64,000 bases of DNA from Longimicrobiales bacterium (GTDB lineage Bacteria > Gemmatimonadota > Gemmatimonadetes > Longimicrobiales > Gaopeijiaceae). Each line of letters starts with the position of its first letter. Within the stretch, counting starts at the first letter, position 1. The position numbers and the translations under genes are program-made. Where the stretch lies: NCBI GenBank assembly GCA_965202805.1, contig OZ241869.1, forward strand, positions 1,408,001 to 1,472,000, in the 5' to 3' direction. This document shows positions 36,216 to 45,640 of the stretch, piece after piece. The notes under the pieces were generated by a model. The model ran no database searches. It was not told the DNA's origin and saw only the letters and a program-made list of their open reading frames with translations.

Positions 36216-37259
36216 ATGTTCTTCCCAGACAGCAGCCCGGCCCCTGCACCGCCCCGGTCCACCACCGCGTTCGCCGCTCCCGGATTCTTCTTCGTGCGCG
36301 CGCTGATCCTCGTCTTGATCGCGTGCGGCGCCGACGCGGTCGAACCGCCTCCCCCACCCGTCGAACCCGATCCCGTCGAGCCGCAGCCGGTGCCGGATCC
36401 ACCGGCGATCCAGATTCCCGCCCGAGGGACATCCGCAACGCTCGACGTGGCCACCTGGAACCTCCTCTACTTCGGGGCCGCGAACCAGGGACCCGCGGAC
36501 GAGCCCCTGCAGATGGCGCGCGTGCGGGACGTCATTCTGGGAACCGACTTCGACGTCTGGGGCGTGCAGGAGGTGACGGACGCGGATGCCTTCGCGGCGT
36601 TGCTGGACCGGTTGCCCGGATACCAGGGGTTCCTTGCCAGCGACGCCTCCGTCTCCGGCGGATCGGACAGCTACAACCGCGGGGAACTGAAGGTCGGGCT
36701 CATCTACAAGAGGGCGCTCGCGGAGGTGACCGGGGCGCGCGTCATCCTGACCGAACTGGACTACGAGTTCGCGGGCCGCCCGCCGCTGGAGGTGCAGCTG
36801 CGCGTGACGCTCGGTGGCGCGAGCCGCGATATCGTCATGATTGTCCTGCACGCCAAGGCCGTGGCCGACGAGACGTCATGGGAGCGGCGCATGGCGGCGG
36901 GCGAAGGGCTGCAGGAGTATCTCGACGCCACCTGGCCGGACCGTGCGGTCCTCGTGCCCGGGGACTGGAACGACGATGTGGACGAGTCGATCACCAGCGG
37001 GCGCGACACACCCTACAGGAGCCTCGTGGATGCCGCCCCGGAGTGGGTGTTTCCGACGGCCAGCCTGAGCGCCGCCGGGGCGCGGTCGATGCCGCGCTAC
37101 ACCGAGGTGATCGACCACATCCTCGCGTCGGACGAGGCGATGGCGTGGTACGAGGAGGGTTCGGCGATGGTGTACGAGGTGGACGACATCATCCCCGACT
37201 ACCTGGACACCACCAGCGACCATCTGCCGGTGCTGGCACGGTTCGCGCCGGGGGGATGA
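36216..37259 (+). CDS. Endonuclease/exonuclease/phosphatase-family lipoprotein
   Basis: LIAC lipobox and Pro-rich linker; ATWNL, GVQEV, LHAK, GDWND, IDHI and SDHLPV motifs. Confidence 0.88.
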   Translation: MFFPDSSPAPAPPRSTTAFAAPGFFFVRALILVLIACGADAVEPPPPPVEPDPVEPQPVPDPPAIQIPARGTSATLDVATWNLLYFGAANQGPADEPLQMARVRDVILGTDFDVWGVQEVTDADAFAALLDRLPGYQGFLASDASVSGGSDSYNRGELKVGLIYKRALAEVTGARVILTELDYEFAGRPPLEVQLRVTLGGASRDIVMIVLHAKAVADETSWERRMAAGEGLQEYLDATWPDRAVLVPGDWNDDVDESITSGRDTPYRSLVDAAPEWVFPTASLSAAGARSMPRYTEVIDHILASDEAMAWYEEGSAMVYEVDDIIPDYLDTTSDHLPVLARFAPGG

Positions 37260-37336
37260 GGCGAGTCGGGCCCGGACCTGCCCTGGCTTTCGGCGCAGGG
37301 CGAGTCCGGGAGGGGGTGCGGCGGAACAGTCGAGGC

Positions 37337-37606
37337 CTACTCGTCGATCAGGCGTCGCTCGCGCACGTCCCTGGCGCCCATCGCGATGCCTGTGCCGATG
37401 CCGGCGCCCACCAGCAGGGCGGGTGCGGCGGTAATGACCGGCAGCATGGCCAGGGCGACGGTGACCACGGCACCGGTCAGGATCCCCAGGCCGCGCTTCT
37501 CCACCCACGACGTGTAGCGAAGCCGTCGCCGCACGAAACGCCGTGACTTCAAGTGTGCGTAGAACCCGACCACGGCCGCGATTCCCAATCCGATCAACCC
37601 AAACAT
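37337..37606 (-). CDS. Small hypothetical membrane protein
   Basis: AAGGAG RBS; 89 aa with hydrophobic, Gly-rich helices. Confidence 0.7.
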   Translation of the reverse strand: MFGLIGLGIAAVVGFYAHLKSRRFVRRRLRYTSWVEKRGLGILTGAVVTVALAMLPVITAAPALLVGAGIGTGIAMGARDVRERRLIDE

Positions 37607-37799
37607 GACGACACTCCTTTAACAGGCGTCCTGGCCCCCGGGCTGTGCACCTTACGCGCGATCCGGGGATCCGTTTCGCGCCGGGACGGGTTCGAATAAG
37701 TATGGTACAGCTTCCGGCAAGTACAGGCTGCGGCGCGCAGCGAACGGCAGCCACGAGAAGAGCGGCGTTCATGAGGGACTGCATGTTCGGAGTCGGGCG

Positions 37800-38858
37800 A
37801 TGACGCGGATGGCGGCGGCGCGGCTGCTGCTCCTGCTGGTCGTGGAGGCAGTGTGGCTCACCCCCGTGGGCGGTCCGCGCCTCCCCTTCCCCGGGTCCGG
37901 CCGGGGCGTGTTGTCGCAGGAGGCGCTGGCGGCCGCCTTCGCGGCGCAGGAGGAGATCAGTCCGGAGCTGCTGGCCATTCCGGGCGTGGTGGGCACCGCT
38001 GTCGGGCTGGGCGCCGGCGACCGTCCGGTGGTGATGGTCTACCTGGAGTACGCCGCCGTGGCCGGGCTTCCGGCCAGCTTCGCCGGGTACCCGCTGGTGC
38101 GCGAGGTGACCGGGCGCATCACCGCGCTCGGCGATGTGCCGCTGCCCCCGGCCGGGGCCGACGGCCCGGTCGATCCCAGGGGCCCGTTCCCGCGCCCGGT
38201 GCCCATCGGCGTGTCGACGGGGCGGACGGGGGTCACCGCGGGCACCATCGGGGCGCGCGTCACCGACGGACGCCGGACGTACGCCCTCTCCAACAACCAC
38301 GTCTTCGCCAACCGCAACGACGCCAACCTGGGCGACAACGTGATCCAGCCGGGCGTGGCCGACGGAGGGAGCGACCCGGAGCACGCCTTCGGCACGCTGG
38401 CCGACTTCGAGGAGATCGGCTTCTGCCGCGCCCTGGCCTGCCCGGAAAACCAGGTCGACGGCGCCATCGCCGAGACCTCGCCCGACCAGCTGGCGGCGGC
38501 CACCCCCTCCAACGGCTACGGCGCGCCCCGAAGCGGGATTGCGGAGGCGTCGCTCATGCTCGCGGTGCAGAAGTACGGCCGCACCACCGGGCTCACCCGC
38601 GGCAAGGTGACCGGCATCAACGCCATCCTCGACGTCAACTACCGCACCGGCAGAGCTCGGTTCGTCGACCAGCTCGTCATCACCGGCGAGGGGTTCAGCG
38701 CGGGTGGCGACTCGGGCTCCCTGATCGTGACCGACGGACGCGGGCGCAAGGACCGCCGGCCGGTCGCACTGCTCTTCGCCGGCAGCCCGAACACCACCAT
38801 CGCCAACCCCATCGACCTCGTGCTCGACCGCTTCGGCGTCACCGTCGACGCAGGGTAG
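37800..38858 (+). CDS. Secreted trypsin-like (PA clan) serine protease with an N-terminal pro-domain
   Basis: Catalytic triad contexts LSNNHV, VDGAIA and GGDSGS; KYGRTTGLTRG; hydrophobic N-terminus. Confidence 0.85.
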   Translation: MTRMAAARLLLLLVVEAVWLTPVGGPRLPFPGSGRGVLSQEALAAAFAAQEEISPELLAIPGVVGTAVGLGAGDRPVVMVYLEYAAVAGLPASFAGYPLVREVTGRITALGDVPLPPAGADGPVDPRGPFPRPVPIGVSTGRTGVTAGTIGARVTDGRRTYALSNNHVFANRNDANLGDNVIQPGVADGGSDPEHAFGTLADFEEIGFCRALACPENQVDGAIAETSPDQLAAATPSNGYGAPRSGIAEASLMLAVQKYGRTTGLTRGKVTGINAILDVNYRTGRARFVDQLVITGEGFSAGGDSGSLIVTDGRGRKDRRPVALLFAGSPNTTIANPIDLVLDRFGVTVDAG

Positions 38859-38864
38859 GGCGCC

Positions 38865-39086
38865 ATGGCGGTGAGCATCGAGGACGCGCAACGGCGCCTC
38901 TCCCGCCAGGTCATGGGACGCCCCGGCGTGGTGGGCACCGCGATCGGGGTGGCCGCCGGGAAGCCCTGCCTCAAGGTGTATCTCGCAGGCGGCGGGGACG
39001 GAAAAGGAGCCCGTATCCCCCGCAGCTGCGAGGGTTACCGGGTGGTGGTCGAGAAGACGGGCACCATTCGCCGTCTGTCTTCCTGA
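38865..39086 (+). CDS. 73-aa stand-alone homolog of the upstream protease's N-terminal domain
   Basis: PGVVGTAIG..KPCLKVYL..IPRSCEGYRVVVEKTGTIRRL aligns with PGVVGTAVG..RPVVMVYL..LPASFAGYPLVREVTGRITAL; starts 6 nt after the protease stop. Confidence 0.8.
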   Translation: MAVSIEDAQRRLSRQVMGRPGVVGTAIGVAAGKPCLKVYLAGGGDGKGARIPRSCEGYRVVVEKTGTIRRLSS

Positions 39087-39355
39087 GCCCCTGATCGCGG
39101 TTGGCACGACTCCGGGTGCCGGAGGCCCCGCAACCGCGACAAAACCCCTCACGGCTGCGACACGATTGTGTGTTGCGCCAAATGTTTCCAGACCCGTGCC
39201 GGGGGTATGGCCCATCGCCGAAGGTGTCGCTAACTTCGGCGCATCGTTCACGAAGATGAGCCTGAAAATACGAGGAGCCGGTCCAGGATCGGCCCCGCGA
39301 CGTCATCTCGCACGAGCCACAAGGGCCACCGAATCACGCACCGCTGGAGACGGAA

Positions 39356-41056
39356 ATGAACAAGCGCCGGGAGACACCGGGCAGGGACGCGCATCGCTTC
39401 TGGCTGGTATCCGCCATGGGCGCACTGGTGGCGCTTGCCGGGTGCGGGGGAGACGAGCCTGATCCGGTGGTGCCCCCGGCGGGCCCGCCCGATGCTCCCC
39501 GCGCGGCGGCCATATCGATTTCACCCGGTTCCGTCACTCTCACCTCCGTCGGAGAGACCGCTTCGTTCACCGCGAGCGTCACGGACCAGTTCGGCGCGGC
39601 CTTCAGCGGGACCGTCGCCTGGACGTCCACCGATGCCAGAGTATTCACGGTGAACTCGAGCGGCGTCGTCACCGCCGTGGGCAGTGGGTCGGGCACGCTC
39701 ACCGCCGTAATCTCGAGGTTCACCGCCACAGCCTCCGTCACGGTCGACATCAACCTGCCGCCCATGGTCCGGGCGGGGGTCCCCGTGGGGATCACCGTCG
39801 AGTTGGGGGCGAGAGGCGGAACGCGTCCATGGCTGGCCGCCACCCGCTTCGAGGATCCCGACGATGACGTACTGGATCTGACGTATACGGTGGAGGTGGA
39901 AGACACCACCGTGGCGTGGGCGGAGGTGTGGGTCGACAGCCAGCGCAATCCTTCTGTGGTCATGGGCGGCAAGGCCGTCGGAACCACGAGGCTTACGGCC
40001 ACGGCGACCGATCCGGGTGGGCTCTCGGCCAGCGTGTACATCATCCTGGATGTCGTCGACTCCGACTTCAGTCCGACCAGCCCCCTCAGGGTCGGCAACG
40101 GCAGGATAGAGATCCCGGCCGGAGCCCTGCTGGAGGGTTGTACCCCACCGCTCGTCAACCTGCCGGACCCTTCCGGCTACATCTTCACCTTCCACAGTTC
40201 CAGATGGCAGACGCGGAGCGATTCGACCGCCGCGTGGTCGGATGTCGAGGGCACCGAAGTGACGGATGGGACCCTGTGCGTCCACGCCACCGGGAACCCC
40301 GGGGAGTACCGGCTGGTCGCGGACATCACCCTCGTCCTCGGCGAGAACCTCGACCCTCTCCGCGGATGGTACCGCTCGGCAAACACGTTCATCGTCGAGG
40401 AACACATGGGCGGGAACCGGGCGCCGGAGTTGAGCGCCACGGCGCCGCGGCGTCTCGCGCTGTCGCTGGGCGGCGGACCCCAGCTCGTGGCGACCGCGCA
40501 GCACATCAGCGATCCGGATGGTGACGACCTCGAATTCTCGGTCGAGGTGAGCGATACGACTGTGATGTCGGTGCGCGAAGTGACGGACGGCGCCGGAAGC
40601 ACCGTCGTGGTCGCCGGCGGCCTGAGCGAGGGCAGCGGCACGATCACCATCACGGCTACCGATCCCGAGGGCCTTGCCGCGGAGCTGTCCATCGCAATTG
40701 AGATCGATGACTCCGGGTACACGGCGTACAATACCATCCAGGTGGCCAACGGATTGATCGTGGCAGCCGGGACCGCATTGCCAATCTGCTCGCCGCCCTT
40801 CATCGGGCTGCGTGGCCCGGACGGCTGGGTGTACACCGTCCATTCCTCGAAATGGCAGAGCAGAAGCGATTCCTCCGCGGACTGGGCCGATATCGAGGGC
40901 ACGGAAATAGCAACGGGGCAGATCTGCCCCTACACGTCGGAGGCGCCCGGCGACTATCGCCTGGTGTACGACGCCACCATCGCCGTCTCGCCGGACGAGT
41001 CGTTCCGGGGCAACTACGCCAGCCAGAACTTCTTCACGGTAGCCAGCGGCGGTTAG
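39356..41056 (+). CDS. Surface lipoprotein with an Ig-like domain and a duplicated (cadherin-like + two-Cys domain) unit
   Basis: LAGC lipobox; VAWTSTDARVFTVNSSGVVTAV; two ATDP.GL modules, each followed by a C..HSS.WQ.RSDS...W.D.EGTE...C...PG.YRLV.D domain. Confidence 0.8.
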   Translation: MNKRRETPGRDAHRFWLVSAMGALVALAGCGGDEPDPVVPPAGPPDAPRAAAISISPGSVTLTSVGETASFTASVTDQFGAAFSGTVAWTSTDARVFTVNSSGVVTAVGSGSGTLTAVISRFTATASVTVDINLPPMVRAGVPVGITVELGARGGTRPWLAATRFEDPDDDVLDLTYTVEVEDTTVAWAEVWVDSQRNPSVVMGGKAVGTTRLTATATDPGGLSASVYIILDVVDSDFSPTSPLRVGNGRIEIPAGALLEGCTPPLVNLPDPSGYIFTFHSSRWQTRSDSTAAWSDVEGTEVTDGTLCVHATGNPGEYRLVADITLVLGENLDPLRGWYRSANTFIVEEHMGGNRAPELSATAPRRLALSLGGGPQLVATAQHISDPDGDDLEFSVEVSDTTVMSVREVTDGAGSTVVVAGGLSEGSGTITITATDPEGLAAELSIAIEIDDSGYTAYNTIQVANGLIVAAGTALPICSPPFIGLRGPDGWVYTVHSSKWQSRSDSSADWADIEGTEIATGQICPYTSEAPGDYRLVYDATIAVSPDESFRGNYASQNFFTVASGG

Positions 41057-41156
41057 TCACGGGACGGCGACGTCCGGGCCCGGGCTCCACACGCAGGCAA
41101 CCTTCCTGCCGGGTCGCGCAGTCGAAGGATCGTGGATCCCCATGCCTCCCGCCGCA

Positions 41157-41188
41157 GCGTGATCGTTGACACGCGTGATCGTTGACAC
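41157..41188. repeat. Perfect 16-bp tandem duplication (gcgtgatcgttgacac)x2 containing TTGACA
   Basis: Read directly; TTGACA at 41166 and 41182, upstream of the next gene. Confidence 0.85.
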
Positions 41189-41277
41189 CAACGCGCTCAG
41201 CCACTACCCGTAAGCTACGACGTCTTTCGTGGCACGACGCCCGGACCCCCTGTCTTCAACGAAGAACGGTACGCGAA

Positions 41278-42528
41278 ATGAGAAGCCGACCCGCCCGCAG
41301 CCATCGCATCCTGCCCTTCGCCTCCGTCATGACGCTGGGATTGTTCGCATGCGCCGAGGATGACGCTGCGGTACCGGCCGGGGCCGTCCCCGGGTACCAA
41401 CTCGGCGAGCCCGAAGTGGTTTCCGGGGACTTCGCGTCCGTGAACGGCTTCCGCACGCGTCCCGACGGCAGCCTCCTGGTAGCCGATGCAACAGGCGGGG
41501 AGCTTGTGCTTCTCGATCCGGAGCTGGGAACGCGGACGGTGGTGGGAGGCCGGGGCGAGGGTCCCGGAGAGTACCAGGCGCCGAGCCGTATCTGGGCTCT
41601 TCCCGGGGATTCGACGCTGCTGCTGGATATCGGCAACAACCGTCTCACCGTGCTGACGCCCGATCTGTCGTTCGGCGCGACGCGACCGATGTTCGAGATG
41701 GACCCCGAAGGCGGAATCCTGCTGGTGAACCCGCAGGTGATCGACGGCTCCGGGCGCATGTATACCACACGCGGGTTCTCGATGAACCTCGGCAATCCGG
41801 GTGCCGGGGATGGATCCGGTTCCGATTCCACCGCCGTCGTGCGGGCGACGCTCGATGACCTGACGCCGGACACGGTGGCCCGACTCGCGGCCAGGTCCAC
41901 CTCGCGGATCGAGGTGAGAAGCAACCGGGGCAACGGGATGGCCAGGATCCAGGGAACTCCCTATTCGTCTTCCGACAGTTGGGGCGTCGCCCCGGACGGA
42001 AGCGTGGTCGTCGCGCGGACGGCGGATTATCGCCTGGAGTGGATCTCCTCCGACGGATCCGTCCGCAGCGGGGCGCCGGTCGCATGGGACGCGGTCCCGG
42101 TGGGCCAGGCCGAAAAGGAGGCGTGGGTCCGGGAGCAGAGTAGCCGGTCCGTCCAGACCGCGACCTTCATGACGGGCGGCGGGGGCGGAGTTTCCCCGAG
42201 TTCCGGGATTGGGGGCGCCGCCGCCCGCAGCATGAGCTTCGGCGGCGGAAGCGACGATGTCGACGACTACGAATGGCCGGAGACGCTGCCCCCGTTCACG
42301 GGGAGCATTCTGATCGATCCGGAGGGCCGCGCCTGGCTGCGCCGTCACCAACCCGTCGGCGCGCCCTTCCTGTACGATGTCTTCACCGCCGACGCCGAGC
42401 ACGCCGGCACGGTGGAGATCGCAGAAGGGCATACCGTCAGGGGGTTCGGCGACGGCGTCGTCTACGCGACCTTCAGGGACGAGGTCGACCTCGTGTACAT
42501 TGGACGGTATCGCCTCCCGGAGATGTAG
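41278..42528 (+). CDS. Beta-propeller (6-bladed/NHL-like) lipoprotein
   Basis: LFAC lipobox; GGRGEGPGEY and IDPEGRAWL..YDVF blade motifs. Confidence 0.75.
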   Translation: MRSRPARSHRILPFASVMTLGLFACAEDDAAVPAGAVPGYQLGEPEVVSGDFASVNGFRTRPDGSLLVADATGGELVLLDPELGTRTVVGGRGEGPGEYQAPSRIWALPGDSTLLLDIGNNRLTVLTPDLSFGATRPMFEMDPEGGILLVNPQVIDGSGRMYTTRGFSMNLGNPGAGDGSGSDSTAVVRATLDDLTPDTVARLAARSTSRIEVRSNRGNGMARIQGTPYSSSDSWGVAPDGSVVVARTADYRLEWISSDGSVRSGAPVAWDAVPVGQAEKEAWVREQSSRSVQTATFMTGGGGGVSPSSGIGGAAARSMSFGGGSDDVDDYEWPETLPPFTGSILIDPEGRAWLRRHQPVGAPFLYDVFTADAEHAGTVEIAEGHTVRGFGDGVVYATFRDEVDLVYIGRYRLPEM

Positions 42529-42596
42529 CTGTTCGGCCTCGGGAGCGCCCTTTCGGCCGGCGACCGCCCCATCTGCCTCCCCAACCCGACGCTGAC

Positions 42597-43169
42597 ATGT
42601 CCGACCTGACCTCCCTCGCGGAGCTGATTTCCCGGCGCCGCTCCATCAAGCAGTTCACCGGCCGCGCTCCCTCCCGGGAGGAAATCGAGGGGCTGCTCGA
42701 ACTGGTCGCGCAGGCGCCCAACCATCGCATGACCCAGCCCTGGCGCTTCCACGTGCTGGGCCCGGCCGCCCGGCGCGGCTACGGGGCGGCGCTGGGGGCG
42801 CGCAAGGCCAAGCGGGTCGCCGACCCGGACGCGGCCCGGGAGGTCGTGGAGAGCGTGGCCGCCCGCCACGAGGCGCTGCCCGCGATGATCGCCGTCGCCG
42901 TGGTGGTGCACGAAAACCCCGAGATCCGGGAAGAGGACTACGCCGCGACCTGGATGGGCATCCAGAACCTGGCGCTGGCCGCCGAGGCGGCGGGGCTGGG
43001 CACGCACATCAAGACCGGCGCGGTCATGGACGATCCCCGCTCCCGGGCGGCCGTCGGGCTTCCCGACGACGAACGCATCGTGGCCATCGTCAACCTGGGC
43101 GAACCGGCGGCCGTCCCGGACCCCAAACCCCGGGTTCCCGCCGCCGACCTGACCACCTGGGTGGACTGA
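42597..43169 (+). CDS. Nitroreductase family protein (YdjA-like)
   Basis: RRRSIKQF, APNHRMTQPWRF and QNLALAAEAAGLGT. Confidence 0.88.
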   Translation: MSDLTSLAELISRRRSIKQFTGRAPSREEIEGLLELVAQAPNHRMTQPWRFHVLGPAARRGYGAALGARKAKRVADPDAAREVVESVAARHEALPAMIAVAVVVHENPEIREEDYAATWMGIQNLALAAEAAGLGTHIKTGAVMDDPRSRAAVGLPDDERIVAIVNLGEPAAVPDPKPRVPAADLTTWVD

Positions 43170-43314
43170 GCGGCCGGCCGGGACCCGCGCCGCATCGGAC
43201 CGGCGCGCCCGGAGGCCCGCTCCCGGGGCAAGCCTTCGGCGGGCAGCCCCGATTCTGACAAATCCCTTGCACCCGGGTCGTTGAGCGGGGCTGCCGTGCC
43301 GATATCTTCAAGGC

Positions 43315-44952
43315 ATGGCACGGCATCGCATGGCGACCCGCCCCCGCCGGCTGGTCACGTTCACGCTCCTCGGCCTCACCGGGGCCCTGACCGCCGTCCT
43401 CGGCTATGAAGCCTGGGACGGCAGCCGCTCGAGCATGCAGCTGGCCCGGGAGATCGTTCACGATCATGCCCTGTTCGCCGCTTCCAACTTCGCCATCGAG
43501 GCTCGCGGCGAGGTTACGTTCGAGTTGCTGGAGGAAGGGATCGAGGTAATCGACTGGAGCCTGGGGCGCCGTGGCGATCGCCCGCTGACCATGGGTGGCC
43601 TGCGCGGGGCGGCGCGAGCGCAGAGATGGGACGGGATGGATCAGGTGTCGCTGTTCTTCCGGCTCGGTCCCGACGAGGGCGATGTCTCGGTTGCGGGACC
43701 GGCGGATTCCGCCGAGGTGGCGTGGGCCCTGCGCGAGGCGCGGGAACACAACCGCCGGAACCCCGATGATGACGGCCTGCGAACGCTGTTCGCCCCGGGA
43801 GGAGGCAGCGTGCTGGTGCACCAGCTCGTCTACGAGGGCCGGGGGGAGTACGCGCTGCAGGGAATGATCCTGTCCCCGAAAGCGTTCGGCCCCGCGTTCG
43901 AGCGCGCGTTTGTCGACGAGCCCCTCCTTCCGGAAGCCTTCTCGGGGGGGCGCCCCAACGGGGACATCTTCGTGGCCCGCGTACTGGATCCCCATGGCAA
44001 CGTCGTCTACGAATCGTCCTCCGACCCGCACTCGGAAGGCGCCGTACGGCAGGACCTGGACGAGAGCCTCGGCGGGATGGTGCTGGAACTCGACGTGCGC
44101 GCGGAGGCCATCGGTCAACTGGTGAGCGGCGGGGTCCCGCGGTCGCGCATGCCCGACATCGTCGCGCTGCTCCTCCTCACCTCCGGTCTTCTGGTAACGG
44201 CGGTGTGGCAACTTCGTCGCGAGGCGGAGCTGGCCGACCTGCGGGAAGACTTCGTGTCCAGCGTATCCCATCAGCTGCGCACGCCCCTCACCCAGATCAG
44301 GATGTTCGGCGAGACGCTGATGCTGGGCCGGGTGCGGAACAGGGCGGAGCGGTCGCGGGCGACGGAGATCATCGTGGACGAGGCGAACCGGCTGACGCAC
44401 CAGGTCGAGAACGTCCTGCTCTTTTCCCGGGGCGAGCGGGACGCGCTGAACCTGAACCTCGCCGAGGCGGACGCGGGTGCACTGGTGGAGCGTGTGGCGG
44501 AGGGCTTCGAGCCGCTGGCGCGGGCCGCGGATGCGACCATCGAGCGACGCATCGAGACCGGCATCGTCTGCACCATGGACGTCGAAGCGACTCGCCAGGC
44601 CGTGCTCAACCTGCTCGACAACGCGGTCAAGTACGGACCGGCGGGGCAGACGATCGTGGTCGGCGTGCAGCGCGCACGCGGTGAGGAAAACCCCTTCGCG
44701 ACGATCCGGGTGGAGGACGAGGGGCCGGGAGTACCCCCGGGTCAGCGGGATCGGGTCTGGGACGCCTACGTGCGTCTCGACCGCGACCGCGCCTCCGCGA
44801 CCGCGGGCTCCGGCATCGGCCTGGCAGTGGTTCGCAGGGTGATCGAGGCGCAGGGAGGAAGGGTGCGCGTCGAGAGAGGCGGAACGACCCCGGGTTCCGG
44901 CGCCCGGTTCATCATCGAGCTGCCGCTGGCCGGCGCGCCACGGGAGGCTTGA
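43315..44952 (+). CDS. Membrane sensor histidine kinase
   Basis: Two TM segments flanking a periplasmic domain; H-box SHQLRTPL, N-box NLLDNAVKY, DEGPG and GSGIGL. Confidence 0.93.
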   Translation: MARHRMATRPRRLVTFTLLGLTGALTAVLGYEAWDGSRSSMQLAREIVHDHALFAASNFAIEARGEVTFELLEEGIEVIDWSLGRRGDRPLTMGGLRGAARAQRWDGMDQVSLFFRLGPDEGDVSVAGPADSAEVAWALREAREHNRRNPDDDGLRTLFAPGGGSVLVHQLVYEGRGEYALQGMILSPKAFGPAFERAFVDEPLLPEAFSGGRPNGDIFVARVLDPHGNVVYESSSDPHSEGAVRQDLDESLGGMVLELDVRAEAIGQLVSGGVPRSRMPDIVALLLLTSGLLVTAVWQLRREAELADLREDFVSSVSHQLRTPLTQIRMFGETLMLGRVRNRAERSRATEIIVDEANRLTHQVENVLLFSRGERDALNLNLAEADAGALVERVAEGFEPLARAADATIERRIETGIVCTMDVEATRQAVLNLLDNAVKYGPAGQTIVVGVQRARGEENPFATIRVEDEGPGVPPGQRDRVWDAYVRLDRDRASATAGSGIGLAVVRRVIEAQGGRVRVERGGTTPGSGARFIIELPLAGAPREA

Positions 44953-44953
44953 A

Positions 44954-45634
44954 GTGGCGCGGATCCTGATCGTCGAGGACAACGCCCGGCTGGCGTACGG
45001 TCTCCGCAACAACCTCGAGATCGACGGTCACGTGGTGGATGTGGCGGAGGACGGGCCACAGGGTCTGGAGGCCGTGGCCTCGGGAGAGCCCGACCTCGTG
45101 ATCCTCGACCTCATGCTGCCGGGGATGAACGGCTACCAGGTGCTCCGCTCCCTCCGCGACCAGGGAAGCGGCGTCCCCGTGCTGATCCTGACCGCCAGGG
45201 GCGAAGAGGCGGACAAGGTGATGGGGTTTCGCCTGGGCGCGGACGACTACGTCACCAAGCCCTTCGGAGTCCTGGAACTCCTCGCGCGCGTAACCGCGAT
45301 TCTGCGAAGAGCGGGGCGCGACGGGCAGCCGAACCAGGTGGAGACCTTCGGCAGCGTCGAGATCCGCCTCGAGCAGCGGTCGGTCCTGCGCGACGGCCGG
45401 GAGGTGCAGCTCACCCCGAAGGAGTTCGATCTCCTGGTTGCGCTGGTGCGGCGGCGCGGCGCGGTGGCGACCCGGACAGCGCTCATGAAGGAGGTATGGG
45501 GTCATCGCGCGGCCATCGTCAGCCGGACCGTCGACACGCACATCGCCGAGCTCCGTCGCAAGCTGGAAGAACATCCGGGCGAGCCCCATCACATCCTGAC
45601 CGTCCACCGATCCGGATACAGGCTCAGGAGTTAG
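44954..45634 (+). CDS. OmpR/PhoB-family response regulator
   Basis: ILIVED, LDLMLP, LTAR, GADDYVTKPF; winged-helix LTPKEFDLL..RTVDTHIAELRRKL. Confidence 0.95.
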   Translation: MARILIVEDNARLAYGLRNNLEIDGHVVDVAEDGPQGLEAVASGEPDLVILDLMLPGMNGYQVLRSLRDQGSGVPVLILTARGEEADKVMGFRLGADDYVTKPFGVLELLARVTAILRRAGRDGQPNQVETFGSVEIRLEQRSVLRDGREVQLTPKEFDLLVALVRRRGAVATRTALMKEVWGHRAAIVSRTVDTHIAELRRKLEEHPGEPHHILTVHRSGYRLRS

Positions 45635-45640
45635 CGGAGA

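Noticed and set aside
39101..39120. Sigma-54 promoter (TGGCACG)
   Set aside because: The -12 TTGC element is not at the required spacing.
43281..43317. Leaderless promoter for the histidine kinase (TTGAGC-N16-TATCTT, 6 nt before ATG)
   Set aside because: Plausible, but both boxes are imperfect and a second ATG at 43330 exists; it cannot be supported without TSS data.
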